From contig NC_014909.2 in the NCBI RefSeq assembly GCF_000185985.2, positions 270,001 to 302,000 on the forward strand: a stretch of 32,000 nt of DNA, in the 5' to 3' direction. The translations under genes and the position numbers were made by a program. This document shows positions 1 to 11,490 of this stretch, one piece after another. Source of the stretch: Candidatus Saccharimonadota bacterium (GTDB lineage: Bacteria > Pseudomonadota > Gammaproteobacteria > Enterobacterales > Enterobacteriaceae). How positions within the stretch are numbered: position 1 is the stretch's first letter; each line of letters begins with the position of its first letter. The notes below the pieces were generated by a model. The model saw only the letters and a list, made by a program, of their open reading frames with translations, had not been told where the DNA came from and ran no database searches.

Positions 1-103
1 TTTTTACTATATCATAATAATAAAATGATTCAAGATATCAGTAATTCTTTTTTTATATTTTATTTTAGTAGGATAAAAGATATATTAATTTATAGGAGAA
101 TAT

Positions 104-751
104 ATGAAGGAAATTAGGTGGATATATGGTGGCAATACTACTCTTCAAAATTTGAATTATAACATGGGGATAATTCCTATAGTTATTGAACAAACTGCTC
201 GAGGAGAACGTGCATATGATATTTTTTCTTTATTATTAAAAGAACGAATTATTTTTATAACAGATACCATAGAGAATCATACCGCTAATTCTATTGTAGC
301 TCAGATGATGTTTTTAGAATCAGAGAATCCTACGAAGGATATTCATTTATATATTAATTCTCCTGGAGGGTTAATTACTGCTGGAATGTCTATATATGAC
401 ACTATTCAATTTATAAAACCTGATGTTAGCACTTATTGTATGGGGCAAGCTGCTTCAATGGGGGCTTTTTTGTTAGCTGCTGGAGCTAAAGGAAAAAGGT
501 TTTGTTTACCAAATGCGCGTGTAATGATTCATCAACCATTAGGTTCTTTTCAAGGACAAGCTACTGACATTGCTATTCATACTAAAGAAATATTACAGGT
601 TAAAAACAATATAAACAAATTAATAGCGAAACATACAGGGAAATCTATTGATATAGTTATCAAAGACATGGAAAGGGATTGTTTTTTATCTGCTGATGAG
701 GCTATGGATTATGGATTAGTAGATTGTGTCTTGAGTAAACGAATTCCATAA
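104..751 (+). CDS. clpP: ATP-dependent Clp protease proteolytic subunit ClpP
   Basis: 215-aa ORF colinear with E. coli ClpP. Catalytic triad contexts are present: GQAASMGA (Ser), MIHQP (His), ERDCFLSA (Asp). AGGAG at 94..98 lies 5 nt upstream of the ATG. Confidence 0.95.
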   Translation: MKEIRWIYGGNTTLQNLNYNMGIIPIVIEQTARGERAYDIFSLLLKERIIFITDTIENHTANSIVAQMMFLESENPTKDIHLYINSPGGLITAGMSIYDTIQFIKPDVSTYCMGQAASMGAFLLAAGAKGKRFCLPNARVMIHQPLGSFQGQATDIAIHTKEILQVKNNINKLIAKHTGKSIDIVIKDMERDCFLSADEAMDYGLVDCVLSKRIP

Positions 752-932
752 AATATTTTATGTTCTTATTTATTGATTGGGATTGAGGTAAATATATATA
801 AGTTCATTTAAATTAGTGTACTCAATTTTAGTATATTATTTATTGGTTAGTCTATAATTTTTTGAGAGAATAATAATTGTTGATTTATATAATTTATAGT
901 TTTACAATTTTAATATAGGTAATTAAAAAATT

Positions 933-2228
933 ATGCATGATAATCATGATCATCATTCAAAAGAGGCATTATATTGTTCATTTTGTGGAAAAAATCAATT
1001 ACAAGTGTTGAGGTTAATTAGTGGAGTATCAGCGTCAATTTGTAATACATGTATTGATTTATGCAACAATATTATTAGTCGAGAATTACAGAGTAATTCA
1101 GTTGTGGTACATAATGAGAATATAGAAAAATTTTTTACTCCTCGTGATATAGGTAATTATTTAGATAGTTATATTATTGGTCAAGAATGTGCTAAAAAAA
1201 TATTATCAGTAGCAATATATAATCATTATAAACGATTAAAATATCAAAATCAGAAGTTTGATAAGAATGCTAATAAAATAAACGATAATTATGGTGGTGA
1301 TATAGAATTATTTAAAAGTAATATTTTGTTAGTCGGGCCTACAGGTAGTGGTAAAACTTTGTTAGCAGAAACATTAGCTAGATTTCTTGAGGTACCATTT
1401 GCTATATCTGATGCCACTACACTGACTGAAGCTGGGTATGTTGGTGAAGATGTAGAAAATGTAATTCAAAAATTATTACATAGATGTGATTACAATATAA
1501 ACAAAGCTCAGCGGGGTATTATTTATATTGATGAAATAGATAAAATTGCTAAAAAATCGGAAAATATTTCTATAACTAGAGATGTATCTGGAGAAGGAGT
1601 TCAACAAGCTTTATTGAAATTAATTGAGGGAACTATAGCTTCTATTCCTCCTAAGGGGGGTAGAAAACATCCCCAGCAAGAGTTTATTAAGCTAGATACT
1701 ACTAATATTTTATTTATTTGCGGGGGATCTTTTTTTGGTTTAAATAAAATTATTGAACAACGGATATCTGAAAAACGTACTATTGGATTTCACACGTTTC
1801 CAAGAATGAAAGTAAATAAAGATTTTGAGTATGCATTACTTGATAAAGTTGAACCTGAAGATTTAATCAAATTTGGATTAATACCAGAATTTATAGGGAG
1901 ATTCCCTATAATTTCCGTTTTGGATGAATTAAAAGAATATGAGTTAATTAAAATTTTAACAGATCCAAAAAATGCTTTAATAAAACAGTATAAAACTTTA
2001 TTTAATTTAGATAAAATAGAATTAGAATTTTCTGAGGCTTCGTTAAACGCTATAGCTAAATATGCAATTAATAAACAATCTGGAGCTCGAGGTCTGAGAA
2101 CAATTTTGGAAAATATATTATTAGATACGATGTATAATTTACCATCTCAAAATAAAGTAAGGAAAGTAGTGATTAATTCTCAGGTAGTGACTGGACAATC
2201 GAAGCCAGTATTACTGTATTATGAATAA
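933..2228 (+). CDS. clpX: ATP-dependent Clp protease ATP-binding subunit ClpX
   Basis: 431-aa ORF with an N-terminal zinc ribbon (CSFCGK...CNTC), Walker A GPTGSGKT, Walker [10 protein letters not shown] and an IGF-type loop (TIGFHT). It follows clpP as in enterobacteria. Confidence 0.95.
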   Translation: MHDNHDHHSKEALYCSFCGKNQLQVLRLISGVSASICNTCIDLCNNIISRELQSNSVVVHNENIEKFFTPRDIGNYLDSYIIGQECAKKILSVAIYNHYKRLKYQNQKFDKNANKINDNYGGDIELFKSNILLVGPTGSGKTLLAETLARFLEVPFAISDATTLTEAGYVGEDVENVIQKLLHRCDYNINKAQRGIIYIDEIDKIAKKSENISITRDVSGEGVQQALLKLIEGTIASIPPKGGRKHPQQEFIKLDTTNILFICGGSFFGLNKIIEQRISEKRTIGFHTFPRMKVNKDFEYALLDKVEPEDLIKFGLIPEFIGRFPIISVLDELKEYELIKILTDPKNALIKQYKTLFNLDKIELEFSEASLNAIAKYAINKQSGARGLRTILENILLDTMYNLPSQNKVRKVVINSQVVTGQSKPVLLYYE

Positions 2229-2341
2229 TTAATCAATGAAAATTTGGGAAGGTAGTGAAAAGCAATATTGTGGATGAATCAGGAGGGATCATCCTATTGA
2301 TATTAAAGTTTAATATTATTATATAAAAAGAAGATGACCCC

Positions 2342-2376
2342 CCACCATATTGAATGGTGGATAATTTTTATTTTTT
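2342..2376 (+). terminator. Putative rho-independent terminator after clpX, possibly bidirectional with yggX
   Basis: A 7-bp GC-containing stem, ccaccat (2342..2348) paired with atggtgg (2354..2360), has a 5-nt loop. T runs follow at 2365..2369 and 2371..2376. It lies between the convergent genes clpX (+) and yggX (-), and the minus-strand side is followed by a moderately T-rich stretch. Confidence 0.55.
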
Positions 2377-2398
2377 CAGTTGAGATGTGTCGTGTATA

Positions 2399-2635
2399 TT
2401 AAGATTTTGTGAATAAAAATTCTTTCATTTTTTGTATTAAGAAAAGTCGATCCTTTGCATATAACATATTTAATTTATTTTCATTTATTAAAATTGTTTG
2501 TTGGTCTTGCCATTGTTTCCATGCTTCTTTAGAAATATTATCATAGATTCTTTTTCCCAACTCGCCTGGAAAATAAAACGAGTCTAATCCTACGGAATAT
2601 TTTTTTAAAAATACGCAATAAATAGTTCTAGTCAT
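2399..2635 (-). CDS. yggX: Fe(2+)-trafficking / oxidative-damage protection protein YggX
   Basis: 78-aa [42 protein letters not shown] closely matches E. coli YggX. It sits next to mutY as in E. coli. Confidence 0.9.
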   Translation of the reverse strand: MTRTIYCVFLKKYSVGLDSFYFPGELGKRIYDNISKEAWKQWQDQQTILINENKLNMLYAKDRLFLIQKMKEFLFTKS

Positions 2636-2671
2636 TTTTGTTTGAATAAACGCATATATTTTTGTAATTAT

Positions 2672-3760
2672 TTATTGTAAATTTGTTTTATCTTTTATTA
2701 ATTTTTTTAAAATTATAGTGACAGGTTTAGGTAAACCAACTGTTACAGGTTTATATATATTGTACCAAATGCCTTCTTCTTTATTAAATGTTATTATTTT
2801 ATTAATGTCAATTAATATCGGTTGAATTTGTAATTTTATATTACTGATATGATGTTGTAAAATATCCATACTATTACATGCAGTGTTATGAAGATTATAT
2901 TTATATAACCATTCATTTAATTCGTCAATATTATAAAATTCTGGAAAACAAAACAATTTATTCCATATATTTGATTTAGATCGTTTTATTAGACGTACTA
3001 TATAAGTATTTTTTAATAATAACACTATCCACCAAATATTTTTTTTGTGTTTTTTTGTAATTTGTTTTTTATCTTGTTGATAAGAATGAATTTTATTTTT
3101 TAAAAAAGATTGACAATTATCGTTAAGAGGACATATGCTGCATTTCGGATTTTTATAAGTACATATTAATCGACCTAAGTTCATCATAGCTTGATTAAAG
3201 TGTGAAACATCTTCATTAAATGGCATTAACATGCTTATTAAATGCCATAAATTTGCATCTTTTTTAGATTGGCTAATGTTTTTGTGATATTCCAAAGCAT
3301 AGTATCTCATGAGTATGCGTTTTATATTTCCATCAAGAATAGGATATCGTTTATTTAAAGCTAAAGATAATATAGCTCCAGCAGTAGATTTTCCGATTCC
3401 TGGTAAAGATAAAATCGTACTGAAATTTTGAGGAAATTCTCCGTTATATTGGCTCATGATAATTTGAGCGGTTTTGTGCACATTAATTGCTCGTTTATAA
3501 TATCCTAATCCACTCCATATATATAATATGGAATTAGAATCTGCTTTTGCTAATTTAGAAATTGTTGGGAATGTGTTGATGAATTTTTCAAAATATGGAA
3601 TCACAGTAATAACTTGTGTTTGTTGTAACATAATTTCAGATATCCATATTTTATATATAGTTTTATTTAATTGCCAAGGTAAATAGGATATTTTAGTATT
3701 ATAATGCCAGAGTAATATTCTTTTTGAAAAAACAGAATTGTTTTGCGCTATATATGTCAT
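2672..3760 (-). CDS. mutY: Adenine DNA glycosylase MutY
   Basis: 362-aa ORF with a helix-hairpin-helix/GPD region (LPGIGKSTAGAILS). The 4Fe-4S ligand pattern C-x6-C-x2-C-x5-C is present (CTYKNPKCSICPLNDNC), followed by a C-terminal MutT-like domain. Confidence 0.9.
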   Translation of the reverse strand: MTYIAQNNSVFSKRILLWHYNTKISYLPWQLNKTIYKIWISEIMLQQTQVITVIPYFEKFINTFPTISKLAKADSNSILYIWSGLGYYKRAINVHKTAQIIMSQYNGEFPQNFSTILSLPGIGKSTAGAILSLALNKRYPILDGNIKRILMRYYALEYHKNISQSKKDANLWHLISMLMPFNEDVSHFNQAMMNLGRLICTYKNPKCSICPLNDNCQSFLKNKIHSYQQDKKQITKKHKKNIWWIVLLLKNTYIVRLIKRSKSNIWNKLFCFPEFYNIDELNEWLYKYNLHNTACNSMDILQHHISNIKLQIQPILIDINKIITFNKEEGIWYNIYKPVTVGLPKPVTIILKKLIKDKTNLQ

Positions 3761-3955
3761 GATTTTTTTTAAAGTAAAAATTTATTGTAATAATATATAC
3801 ATATTATTTGATATGATTTCAATCATTTCAAAAATGAATTTAATTAGATTTTAGAATCAATGACATTTATGATGTAATTAGTGAATAAATTATATTCATT
3901 TTTATTTTGTATGCATATGAATTAACAATTTTTATAAAAATAATATTGTTGTTGA

Positions 3956-4669
3956 TTAAGTATTATCATGCTTGTTAGATTTAGTTTCAAAAATAGAAGT
4001 ACCAATTCTTAGCAAATTACTTCCTGAGTAGATGGCAGGAAGTATGTCATTACTCATGCCTAATGATAACGTATCTACATGTGGACAGATATTTTGTAGT
4101 CTTTTAAAAAAAGTGTACACTTTTTTAAATTGAATCATTTGTTGTTTAAATTCTGATTTTGGAATAGACATGGACATTATTCCCCTCAATTTTAGTTTTG
4201 AGCATTGATAAATTGTGGTTGCTAATTTGAGCATTTGTTCTATTGTAATTATTCCTGATTTATTATGATTACCACTAATGTTGATTTGTATCAATGTATT
4301 GAGTTGACTTAATTTTTTTGGTCTATGTTTATTTAAATGATATATCGATTTTTCATTGCTTATAGTATGACACCAATCAAAATTTTCAGCAATTATTCGG
4401 ATTTTATTAGATTGAATTGATCCAATAAAATGCCAGGAGATTTTATCTGGGATATGTGTGCGAAACCAACATATTTTTTTTAGGGCTTCTTGTACATAAT
4501 TTTCTCCAAAATTACGTTGTCCATAAAATATAGATTTTTTAATAGTGTTAATTGATTGATTTTTGGTGACTGCAATTAGTTGAATATTCTGTGGATTTCG
4601 GTTTACATTGTGAGCAGCAATATGTATTTGATTATGTATATGATTGAGTTGTTTTTGTATGAAAATCAT
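3956..4669 (-). CDS. yggS: PLP-binding homeostasis protein, YggS/PROSC family
   Basis: 237-aa ORF colinear with E. coli YggS. The PLP-lysine context AVTKNQS is present, and the C-terminal LSLGMS..D....I..GSN.LRIGT.IF matches. Confidence 0.85.
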   Translation of the reverse strand: MIFIQKQLNHIHNQIHIAAHNVNRNPQNIQLIAVTKNQSINTIKKSIFYGQRNFGENYVQEALKKICWFRTHIPDKISWHFIGSIQSNKIRIIAENFDWCHTISNEKSIYHLNKHRPKKLSQLNTLIQINISGNHNKSGIITIEQMLKLATTIYQCSKLKLRGIMSMSIPKSEFKQQMIQFKKVYTFFKRLQNICPHVDTLSLGMSNDILPAIYSGSNLLRIGTSIFETKSNKHDNT

Positions 4670-4756
4670 TTTTTAAATTGAAATAATTGTTGTGTATTTT
4701 AAATGAAACTATGTATTTAATTGTTTGTAGTATTTGTGTATTTATTTATACTAAAG

Positions 4757-5197
4757 CTATATCAGTTTATAGTTGGTATTTAACCAGCTTTTTAAAATTA
4801 TTTCAGCGGCTATCGAGTCTATTTTGTTTTTTTTTATTTTTTCTGAAAATTTGGAACAATATTGGTTATAAAAATTAGAGCGAGCTTCCAGAGTTGTAAA
4901 ACGTTCATCATACATTTCTACAGTAGTATTAAATTTGTTTTTTAATTGAATTGCGAATTTTTTTGATAAAATAGTAATATATTGTTCACTGCCGTCTATT
5001 TGCAAAGGTAAACCTACTATTAATGTTTTAGGTTTCCATTCATTATACATAAGTTCAATATTTTTCCAATCTGGAGTTCCGGCGATTGAGTGTAGTACGT
5101 TAAGAGATGTAGTTGTACAAGTTAATTTTTGACCTACAGCAACTCCAATATTTTTTGTTCCAAAGTCAAATGCCATAATTATTTCTATATTAGACAT
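4757..5197 (-). CDS. ruvX: Putative pre-16S rRNA nuclease / Holliday-junction-resolvase-like YqgF (RuvX)
   Basis: 146-aa ORF. MAFDFGTKNIGVAVGQ...GTPDW...IVGLPL..DGSEQ...DERFTT.EA matches E. coli YqgF. Its ATG overlaps the yqgE stop (TAATG on the minus strand at 5195..5199). Confidence 0.9.
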   Translation of the reverse strand: MSNIEIIMAFDFGTKNIGVAVGQKLTCTTTSLNVLHSIAGTPDWKNIELMYNEWKPKTLIVGLPLQIDGSEQYITILSKKFAIQLKNKFNTTVEMYDERFTTLEARSNFYNQYCSKFSEKIKKNKIDSIAAEIILKSWLNTNYKLI

Positions 5198-5808
5198 TAG
5201 GCATGCCCTGTTTGATGCGCAATAATATTGTGCATATTGATACCTAATATTTTGGCTGCATCATTCCAACGATTTATAATGGGAGTATGGAATAAAATAG
5301 TTTCATTAGCTGGCACAGTAATCCAAGAATTTTCTATTAATTCTTGTTCTAATTGTCCTTTTCCCCAACCAGAATAACCTAATGCAACTAAAATGTTTTC
5401 TGGTTGATCAGGTGTTCCTAAAGTTTCTAGAATATCCTTAGATGTAGTAATCATAGCTTTTTCAGAGATATTTATGCTAGAATTAAATCCTAATTTTGGT
5501 GTATGTAAAATAAATCCTCGATCATCTAATAGTGGACCACCTAAAAATATTGGATGGTTTAGTTGGATTGACGGATCTCTTTGTGTAGAAGTTATTTTTA
5601 ATTTATTTAATATGGTTTCTATCGTACACTTTCCAAGTGGTTTATTAATGACTATTCCCATAGCTCCAGTATTATTATGTTCACAAATGTATATGACGGA
5701 TTTTTTAAATAAAGGATCCTTCAGAGTTGGCATTGCTACTAAAAAATAATTTTGTAAGTTTGTAATTTTATTATCTAACATAGATTGCAATTTATATTGA
5801 ATAATCAA
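5197..5808 (-). CDS. yqgE: UPF0301 protein YqgE (AlgH-like)
   Basis: 203-aa ORF. FLVAMP.L.DP.F..SV.Y.CEHN..GAMG...NKP and GGP......F.LH match the YqgE family. It is paired with yqgF as in E. coli. Confidence 0.85.
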   Translation of the reverse strand: MIIQYKLQSMLDNKITNLQNYFLVAMPTLKDPLFKKSVIYICEHNNTGAMGIVINKPLGKCTIETILNKLKITSTQRDPSIQLNHPIFLGGPLLDDRGFILHTPKLGFNSSINISEKAMITTSKDILETLGTPDQPENILVALGYSGWGKGQLEQELIENSWITVPANETILFHTPIINRWNDAAKILGINMHNIIAHQTGHA

Positions 5809-6118
5809 TATAGTATTTAAAATAAATATATTTAAAAATATAAATGACGGTATAATGAAAAATGATCACGTTTATTTAATATTTCATTTTAATATTTAAT
5901 AAATAATTACCTATTTCTTGGAGTATAATGTCATTGTAATATTTCATCAACTTTTAATTTTGATTAATTATATATTTTTATTATTACAGAGAGGTTTAAT
6001 TATTATTATTTTTTAATTTATAATTATATTTATGGTAATTTATAAATTTATTGTGTATTAATAGGTAATTAATGTTATAAGATAATTGTATTTTATTGTA
6101 TACTAATTCAAATAATTT

Positions 6119-7276
6119 TTATTTGATTCCGCTTGCGTCTTTTAAAATATTTGTTTTATCGGTTTTTTCCCAAGGGAATTTTTCTCGTCCAAAATGTCCA
6201 TACACAGCTGTATCTTTATAAATTGGTTGTAATAAATTTAACATAGTAATTATCCCATAAGGACTAAAATCAAATAAATCATTTATTAGTGTTATTAAAG
6301 TTGAATGTAAAACTTTTTCTGTTCCAAAAGTTTCGATATTAATAGCTATTGGATTTTCTACTCCAATAGCATAAGATATTTGTAGTTCACAGCGCTCTGC
6401 TAATCCTGAAGCTACGATATTTTTTGCTACATATCGTGCTGCATAAGCAGCAGAACGATCTACTTTAGATGGATCTTTTCCAGAAAAAGATCCGCCTCCA
6501 TGTCTGGCCATACCTCCATATGTATCTACAATTATTTTTCTTCCAGTTAAACCGCAGTCAATTATTGGCCCTCCTATTGTAAAATTACCACCAGGATTAA
6601 TAAAAAATTTAGTGTGTTTAGATATCCATTTTTTTGGTAATACTGGTTTAATAATTTCTTCCATAACTGCTTCTTTTAAATCTATTAATTTAACATCATG
6701 ATGATGTTGTGTAGATAACACAACTGCAGTAATTCCTATTATTTTATTATTGTTATAAGAAAACGTTATTTGGCTTTTTGCATCTAATCCTAGCCAAGGT
6801 AAAGTTTTATTTTTTCGTACTATTGATTGTCTATTTATTAAACGATGAGCATAGGTAATGGGGGCTGGCATTAACACGTCAGTTTCATTTGTTGCGTATC
6901 CAAAAATCGACCCTTGATCTCCTGCTCCTTGTTTGATTTTATTATTATTTAAATTTATGCTATTTTTAATTTCTGGCGATTGTTGGTTAATTATACTGAA
7001 GATTGAGCATGAATTTGCATCTAGTCCCATATCTAAATTAACATATCCGATTTCTCGAATAGTGGTTTTAATAATCTCTTCTATATTAATTGAGGCTGTT
7101 GTGGTGATTTCTCCCCCTATTACTACTATGTTTGTTTTAACGTAAGTTTCACATGCAACATGAGCGTTAGAGTCTTGTGTTAAAATGGAATCTAATATTG
7201 CATCAGATATTTGATCGGCAATTTTATCTGGGTGTCCTGGTGATACGGATTCTGATGTAAAAAAATATTGATTCAT
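6119..7276 (-). CDS. metK: S-adenosylmethionine synthetase
   Basis: 385-aa ORF with [27 protein letters not shown] and [23 protein letters not shown]. It is near full-length colinear with E. coli MetK. Confidence 0.97.
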   Translation of the reverse strand: MNQYFFTSESVSPGHPDKIADQISDAILDSILTQDSNAHVACETYVKTNIVVIGGEITTTASINIEEIIKTTIREIGYVNLDMGLDANSCSIFSIINQQSPEIKNSINLNNNKIKQGAGDQGSIFGYATNETDVLMPAPITYAHRLINRQSIVRKNKTLPWLGLDAKSQITFSYNNNKIIGITAVVLSTQHHHDVKLIDLKEAVMEEIIKPVLPKKWISKHTKFFINPGGNFTIGGPIIDCGLTGRKIIVDTYGGMARHGGGSFSGKDPSKVDRSAAYAARYVAKNIVASGLAERCELQISYAIGVENPIAINIETFGTEKVLHSTLITLINDLFDFSPYGIITMLNLLQPIYKDTAVYGHFGREKFPWEKTDKTNILKDASGIK

Positions 7277-7515
7277 TTTGAGTGTATATATAAATTAGTT
7301 AATGAAAGTAGTTATTGTGCAAAATATTTTATTTATAAAATTATAAAAATAATAATTGATAACTATCATACCATATGTTGTGTATAATATATATTAAGAA
7401 TTATATAATATGATATCTTAGAATTAAGATGTATTGTCTAAAAATATTAGAAAATTAGTTATTTTAAGTATAATGTTAATTTGTCTCATTATTTATTTGA
7501 ATAGTCAAAAAACAT

Positions 7516-8430
7516 ATGAACAATTTTAGTTGTAATAATGATCATTCTTTATTTTCAAATGCGTTTGGATTTTTAAGATTACCTTTAGAATTCGATCCAT
7601 ATACCCAATGTAGTGATTGGGTAATTACTGGAGTACCTTTTGATATGGCTACTTCTGGAAGGCCGGGAAGTAGATTTGGTCCAACTGCCATTAGGCAAGC
7701 GTCTATAAATCTAGTTTGGGAACAGTGTCGGTGGCCTTGGAATTTTAATATACGAGAAAAATTAAAAATTATTGATTGTGGTGATTTAGTATATAAAATA
7801 GGTAGTATTCAAAATTTTACGGATAATTTACAAATACATATTGAACATTTATTAAATTCTAGAAAGAAGGTTTTTTTATTAGGAGGGGACCATTATATCA
7901 CATTACCTGCTTTACGTGCTTACTCAAAAATTTTTGGAAAAATAGCTATTATTCATTTTGATGCTCATACAGATTGTTATAGTAATTGTAGTCAGTATGA
8001 TCACGGAGCTGTTATGTTATATGCATTAAATGAAGGATTGATTAATCCTAATTTATCAATTCAAATTGGAATTCGGACTGAATATGATACAAAATTTGGT
8101 TTTACAATATTAGATTCAGAATTTGTTAATTCAGTGGATACTAGTATTATAGTTAATAAAATAATATCGGTTATTCAAAATGCGCCAGTATATTTGACTT
8201 TTGATATAGATTGTTTAGATCCATCAATAGCACCTGGAACTGGCACTCCTGTAATTGGAGGATTAACTTCATCGTGTGTTTTAAAATTAATACGCAGTTT
8301 AAAAAAAATAAATATTATTGGGATGGATATAGTAGAAGTATCCCCTGAATATGATTGCTCTCAAATTACTGCATTAACTGCGGCTACGTTAGGTTTAGAA
8401 ATGTTATATACACAGGCTGTTATTTGCTGA
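7516..8430 (+). CDS. speB: Agmatinase (agmatine ureohydrolase)
   Basis: 304-aa ORF. The ureohydrolase Mn-binding motifs are all present: [46 protein letters not shown]. It ends in TGA (8428..8430). Confidence 0.92.
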   Translation: MNNFSCNNDHSLFSNAFGFLRLPLEFDPYTQCSDWVITGVPFDMATSGRPGSRFGPTAIRQASINLVWEQCRWPWNFNIREKLKIIDCGDLVYKIGSIQNFTDNLQIHIEHLLNSRKKVFLLGGDHYITLPALRAYSKIFGKIAIIHFDAHTDCYSNCSQYDHGAVMLYALNEGLINPNLSIQIGIRTEYDTKFGFTILDSEFVNSVDTSIIVNKIISVIQNAPVYLTFDIDCLDPSIAPGTGTPVIGGLTSSCVLKLIRSLKKINIIGMDIVEVSPEYDCSQITALTAATLGLEMLYTQAVIC

Positions 8431-8855
8431 GTCGATGCATATATATAGTTATTATTGACTAATATTGATGGGGGTAATCGTGCATAATATTACATATTGA
8501 ATTTTAAATTATATATTTTAAATAGAATTAATTTTTTGTCAATCAATAATAATGTATAGATAGAAGTGTAGTTTTAAGGTTGTTGTATAGAATACTAATA
8601 AGCATAAAAAAATTTATTTGCGCGCATTTATATAATGTATTAATAAATAAAAAAGATAGTATATATATTAGGCATTATAGCACTTAAATGTGCAGTGGTT
8701 GTACTTAGTAGTATAATTATTTTATAAATATTGTATTAGAACTGTATGAAATTTTCATGATTATAGTGTAAGTGAAGTATTAATTAAATTAAGTATTAAT
8801 AAAAAATAATTTATATATAGATATATATTGTAATGTAAAGAGGTCAATCATAGTT

Positions 8856-10034
8856 ATGATTTCAATAAATGATTTGGATTTATTTGATAAACAAATATTA
8901 ATTCGTTCGGATTTAAATGTACCTGTTAAAAATGGAGTTATTACTTCTAATAGAAGGATTCATGCGTCGTTACCAACAATTCAATTAGCCTTATCTAAAA
9001 GTAAACGAGTCATGGTAACTTCTCATTTAGGTAGGCCTGTAGAAGGTGAATATGATCCGAATTTTTCCTTACAACCTGTAGTGGATTATTTAAAATATTA
9101 TTTAAGTGATCAAATTAGAGGAGTACGATTAGTTAAAGACTATTTAGATGGAATTCAGTGGGTTTCAGATGAATTATTAATTTTAGAGAATGTGAGGTTT
9201 AATAAGGGAGAAAAAAAAGACGATGAAGTATTATCGAAAAAATATGCTGCATTATGTGATGTATTTGTAATGGATGCTTTTGGTAGTGCTCATCGTATGC
9301 AAGCATCTACACATAGTATTAGTAAATTTGTTAAAGTAGCTTGTTCTGGTTTGTTATTAGAGCAAGAATTAAAGGCTTTACACCAAGCTTTATCTAATCC
9401 TGTTAGACCCATGGTTGCTGTAGTTGGAGGATCTAAAGTATCTACTAAATTAACTGTATTAGAATCTTTATCAAAAATAGCAGATTATCTTATTGTTGGA
9501 GGAGGTATTGCAAATACTTTTTTGGCTGCTTTAGGTAAAAAAGTAGGGAAATCTTTATATGAAACTGAACTTATACCTACAGCTAGAAATCTTTTGAAGA
9601 ATTGTGATATTCCTATTCTTACTGATGTTAGAGTAAGTTCTGAATTTTCTGAAACTGCTCAATCTATTATGAAAAATGTAATTGATATTAAAGATGATGA
9701 ACAAATTCTAGATTTAGGTGATAATTCTATTGATCGAATATTGCAGATTTTAGATTGCGCTAAAACCATATTATGGAATGGACCTCTTGGAGTATTTGAG
9801 TTTCCAAGTTTTAGAAAAGGCACAGAAATGGTATCTCGATCTATTGCTGCGAGTAATGCTTTTTCTATTGTAGGAGGTGGTGATACTTTGATGGCTGTTG
9901 ATTTATTTGGTATATCTAATCAAATATCTTACATTTCTACGGGAGGAGGAGCTTTTTTAGAATTTATCGAAGGTAAAATTCTTCCGTCTATACAGGCTTT
10001 AGAAGATCACCAAAGAATTAGAAACATAATATGA
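8856..10034 (+). CDS. pgk: Phosphoglycerate kinase
   Basis: 392-aa ORF with [27 protein letters not shown] and [10 protein letters not shown]. It ends in TGA (10032..10034). Confidence 0.97.
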   Translation: MISINDLDLFDKQILIRSDLNVPVKNGVITSNRRIHASLPTIQLALSKSKRVMVTSHLGRPVEGEYDPNFSLQPVVDYLKYYLSDQIRGVRLVKDYLDGIQWVSDELLILENVRFNKGEKKDDEVLSKKYAALCDVFVMDAFGSAHRMQASTHSISKFVKVACSGLLLEQELKALHQALSNPVRPMVAVVGGSKVSTKLTVLESLSKIADYLIVGGGIANTFLAALGKKVGKSLYETELIPTARNLLKNCDIPILTDVRVSSEFSETAQSIMKNVIDIKDDEQILDLGDNSIDRILQILDCAKTILWNGPLGVFEFPSFRKGTEMVSRSIAASNAFSIVGGGDTLMAVDLFGISNQISYISTGGGAFLEFIEGKILPSIQALEDHQRIRNII

Positions 10035-10156
10035 TCACAAAAAATAGTATTAAAAATGAATAAATTTAAAATAAGTGTTTTACATAGCTGAATATATTAT
10101 AACGTTATGTTATAAACATGAGTTATTTAATTTAATCATATAGAAGTGACATGTAA

Positions 10157-11233
10157 ATGACTGGTATTTTTAAATTTATAAAACCTGGTGTAATTTTTGG
10201 GAATGATATACAAAAATTATTTTCTTTAGCAAAGAAAAATAATTTTGCATTACCTGCGGTAAACTGTATAGGGATAGATTCAATTAATGCTGCTTTAGAA
10301 GCTGCTTCTAACATGAAATCTCCAATTATTTTGCAATTTTCTAATAAAGGATCAGCTTTTATGGCAGGATATGGATTAGATAATGAGAATTATTCAGCAT
10401 CAATTTTAGGGGCAATTGCAGGGGGCTTGTATGTACATCATATATCTATTCATTATGGTATCCCAGTTATTTTGCATACTGATCATTGCCCGAAAAAATT
10501 TTTACCTTGGATTGATGCTTTATTAGATTTTAGTGAAAAACATTTTGCTTCTACTGGAAATCCATTATTTTCTTCGCATATGATTGACTTATCTGCAGAA
10601 TCTTTGGAAGAAAATATAGAAATTAGTTCACAATATTTAAGTCGGATGGCTAAATTAAATATGATCTTAGAAATAGAGTTAGGTTGCACTGGAGGAGAGG
10701 AAGATGGAATTAATAACGATTGTTTGGATCAGTCTTGTTTATATACCACTCCTGAAGATGTAGCTTATGCTTACGAAAAGTTACATGTAATTAGTCCTAG
10801 ATTTATGATAGCTGCTTCGTTTGGGAATGTTCATGGAGTATATCAACCTGGTAATGTACGATTAGATCCTAAAATTTTAGATAAATCTCAAAAATATATT
10901 TCTAATAAATTTGGGTTATCTAAAAATTTTTTAAATTTAGTATTTCATGGGGGGTCTGGTTCTTCTTCAGAAGAAATTAAAAAAGCAATTACATATGGAG
11001 TAGTAAAAATTAATTTTGATACTGATATACAATGGGCTTCTTGGGAAGGAGTTTTGAAATATTATAAAAAAAATAAAAATTTTCTTCAGGCTCAATTAGG
11101 TAACCCACATGATAATAATTTTCCGAATAAAAAATTTTACGACCCTAGAGAATGGTTAAGAGAAAGTCAAAAGTCAATGATTAAATATTTAGAAAAGATA
11201 TTTTTTATATTAAATGCAACTAATATTTTGTGA
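10157..11233 (+). CDS. fbaA: Fructose-bisphosphate aldolase, class II
   Basis: 358-aa ORF colinear with E. coli FbaA: FALPAVNC, ILHTDHC, LEIELGCTGGEEDG, FGNVHGVY, FHGGSGS. It follows pgk as in E. coli and ends in TGA (11231..11233). Confidence 0.97.
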   Translation: MTGIFKFIKPGVIFGNDIQKLFSLAKKNNFALPAVNCIGIDSINAALEAASNMKSPIILQFSNKGSAFMAGYGLDNENYSASILGAIAGGLYVHHISIHYGIPVILHTDHCPKKFLPWIDALLDFSEKHFASTGNPLFSSHMIDLSAESLEENIEISSQYLSRMAKLNMILEIELGCTGGEEDGINNDCLDQSCLYTTPEDVAYAYEKLHVISPRFMIAASFGNVHGVYQPGNVRLDPKILDKSQKYISNKFGLSKNFLNLVFHGGSGSSSEEIKKAITYGVVKINFDTDIQWASWEGVLKYYKKNKNFLQAQLGNPHDNNFPNKKFYDPREWLRESQKSMIKYLEKIFFILNATNIL

Positions 11234-11490
11234 ATATTTAAAATAGAATCAGGATTGTGAATGTAGAATTAGCATATGTTATCGTTTGTGTATAATTTAA
11301 TAATTAGTTCTTTTGAATAAGAGATTTTTGGGTGATGTGTTATCGATTAGGAGTATAAGATTAATTATTTAATTAATTGGAATATTATGATGTTTATAAC
11401 AATATCATGTATAGACTTAATATTCATGAGAATTAATAAAATTTTGATTAGTAGATTTTTGATGTTTGTCAGATATAGAAGAAAAGTTAT

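Noticed and set aside
2229-2340. Possible tRNA or small RNA in the relatively GC-richer spacer after clpX (for example agga-gggatca-tcct)
   Set aside because: There is no acceptor stem, no T-loop consensus and no full cloverleaf. The 4-bp stem is trivial. The 13-codon ORF MKIWEGSEKQYCG has no support.
4687-4878. 63-aa + strand ORF
   Set aside because: It is antisense to and overlaps the well-supported ruvX/yqgF gene. The sequence is low-complexity and Phe/Leu/Ile-rich, typical of the reverse strand of AT-rich coding DNA.
5474-5749. 91-aa + strand ORF
   Set aside because: It lies entirely inside yqgE on the opposite strand and has no recognisable family features.
6933-7145. 70-aa + strand ORF
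   Set aside because: It lies entirely inside metK on the opposite strand and is an antisense artefact.
10132-10689. Two - strand ORFs (10132..10314 and 10483..10689)
   Set aside because: Both are antisense to the strongly supported fbaA and have no motifs.
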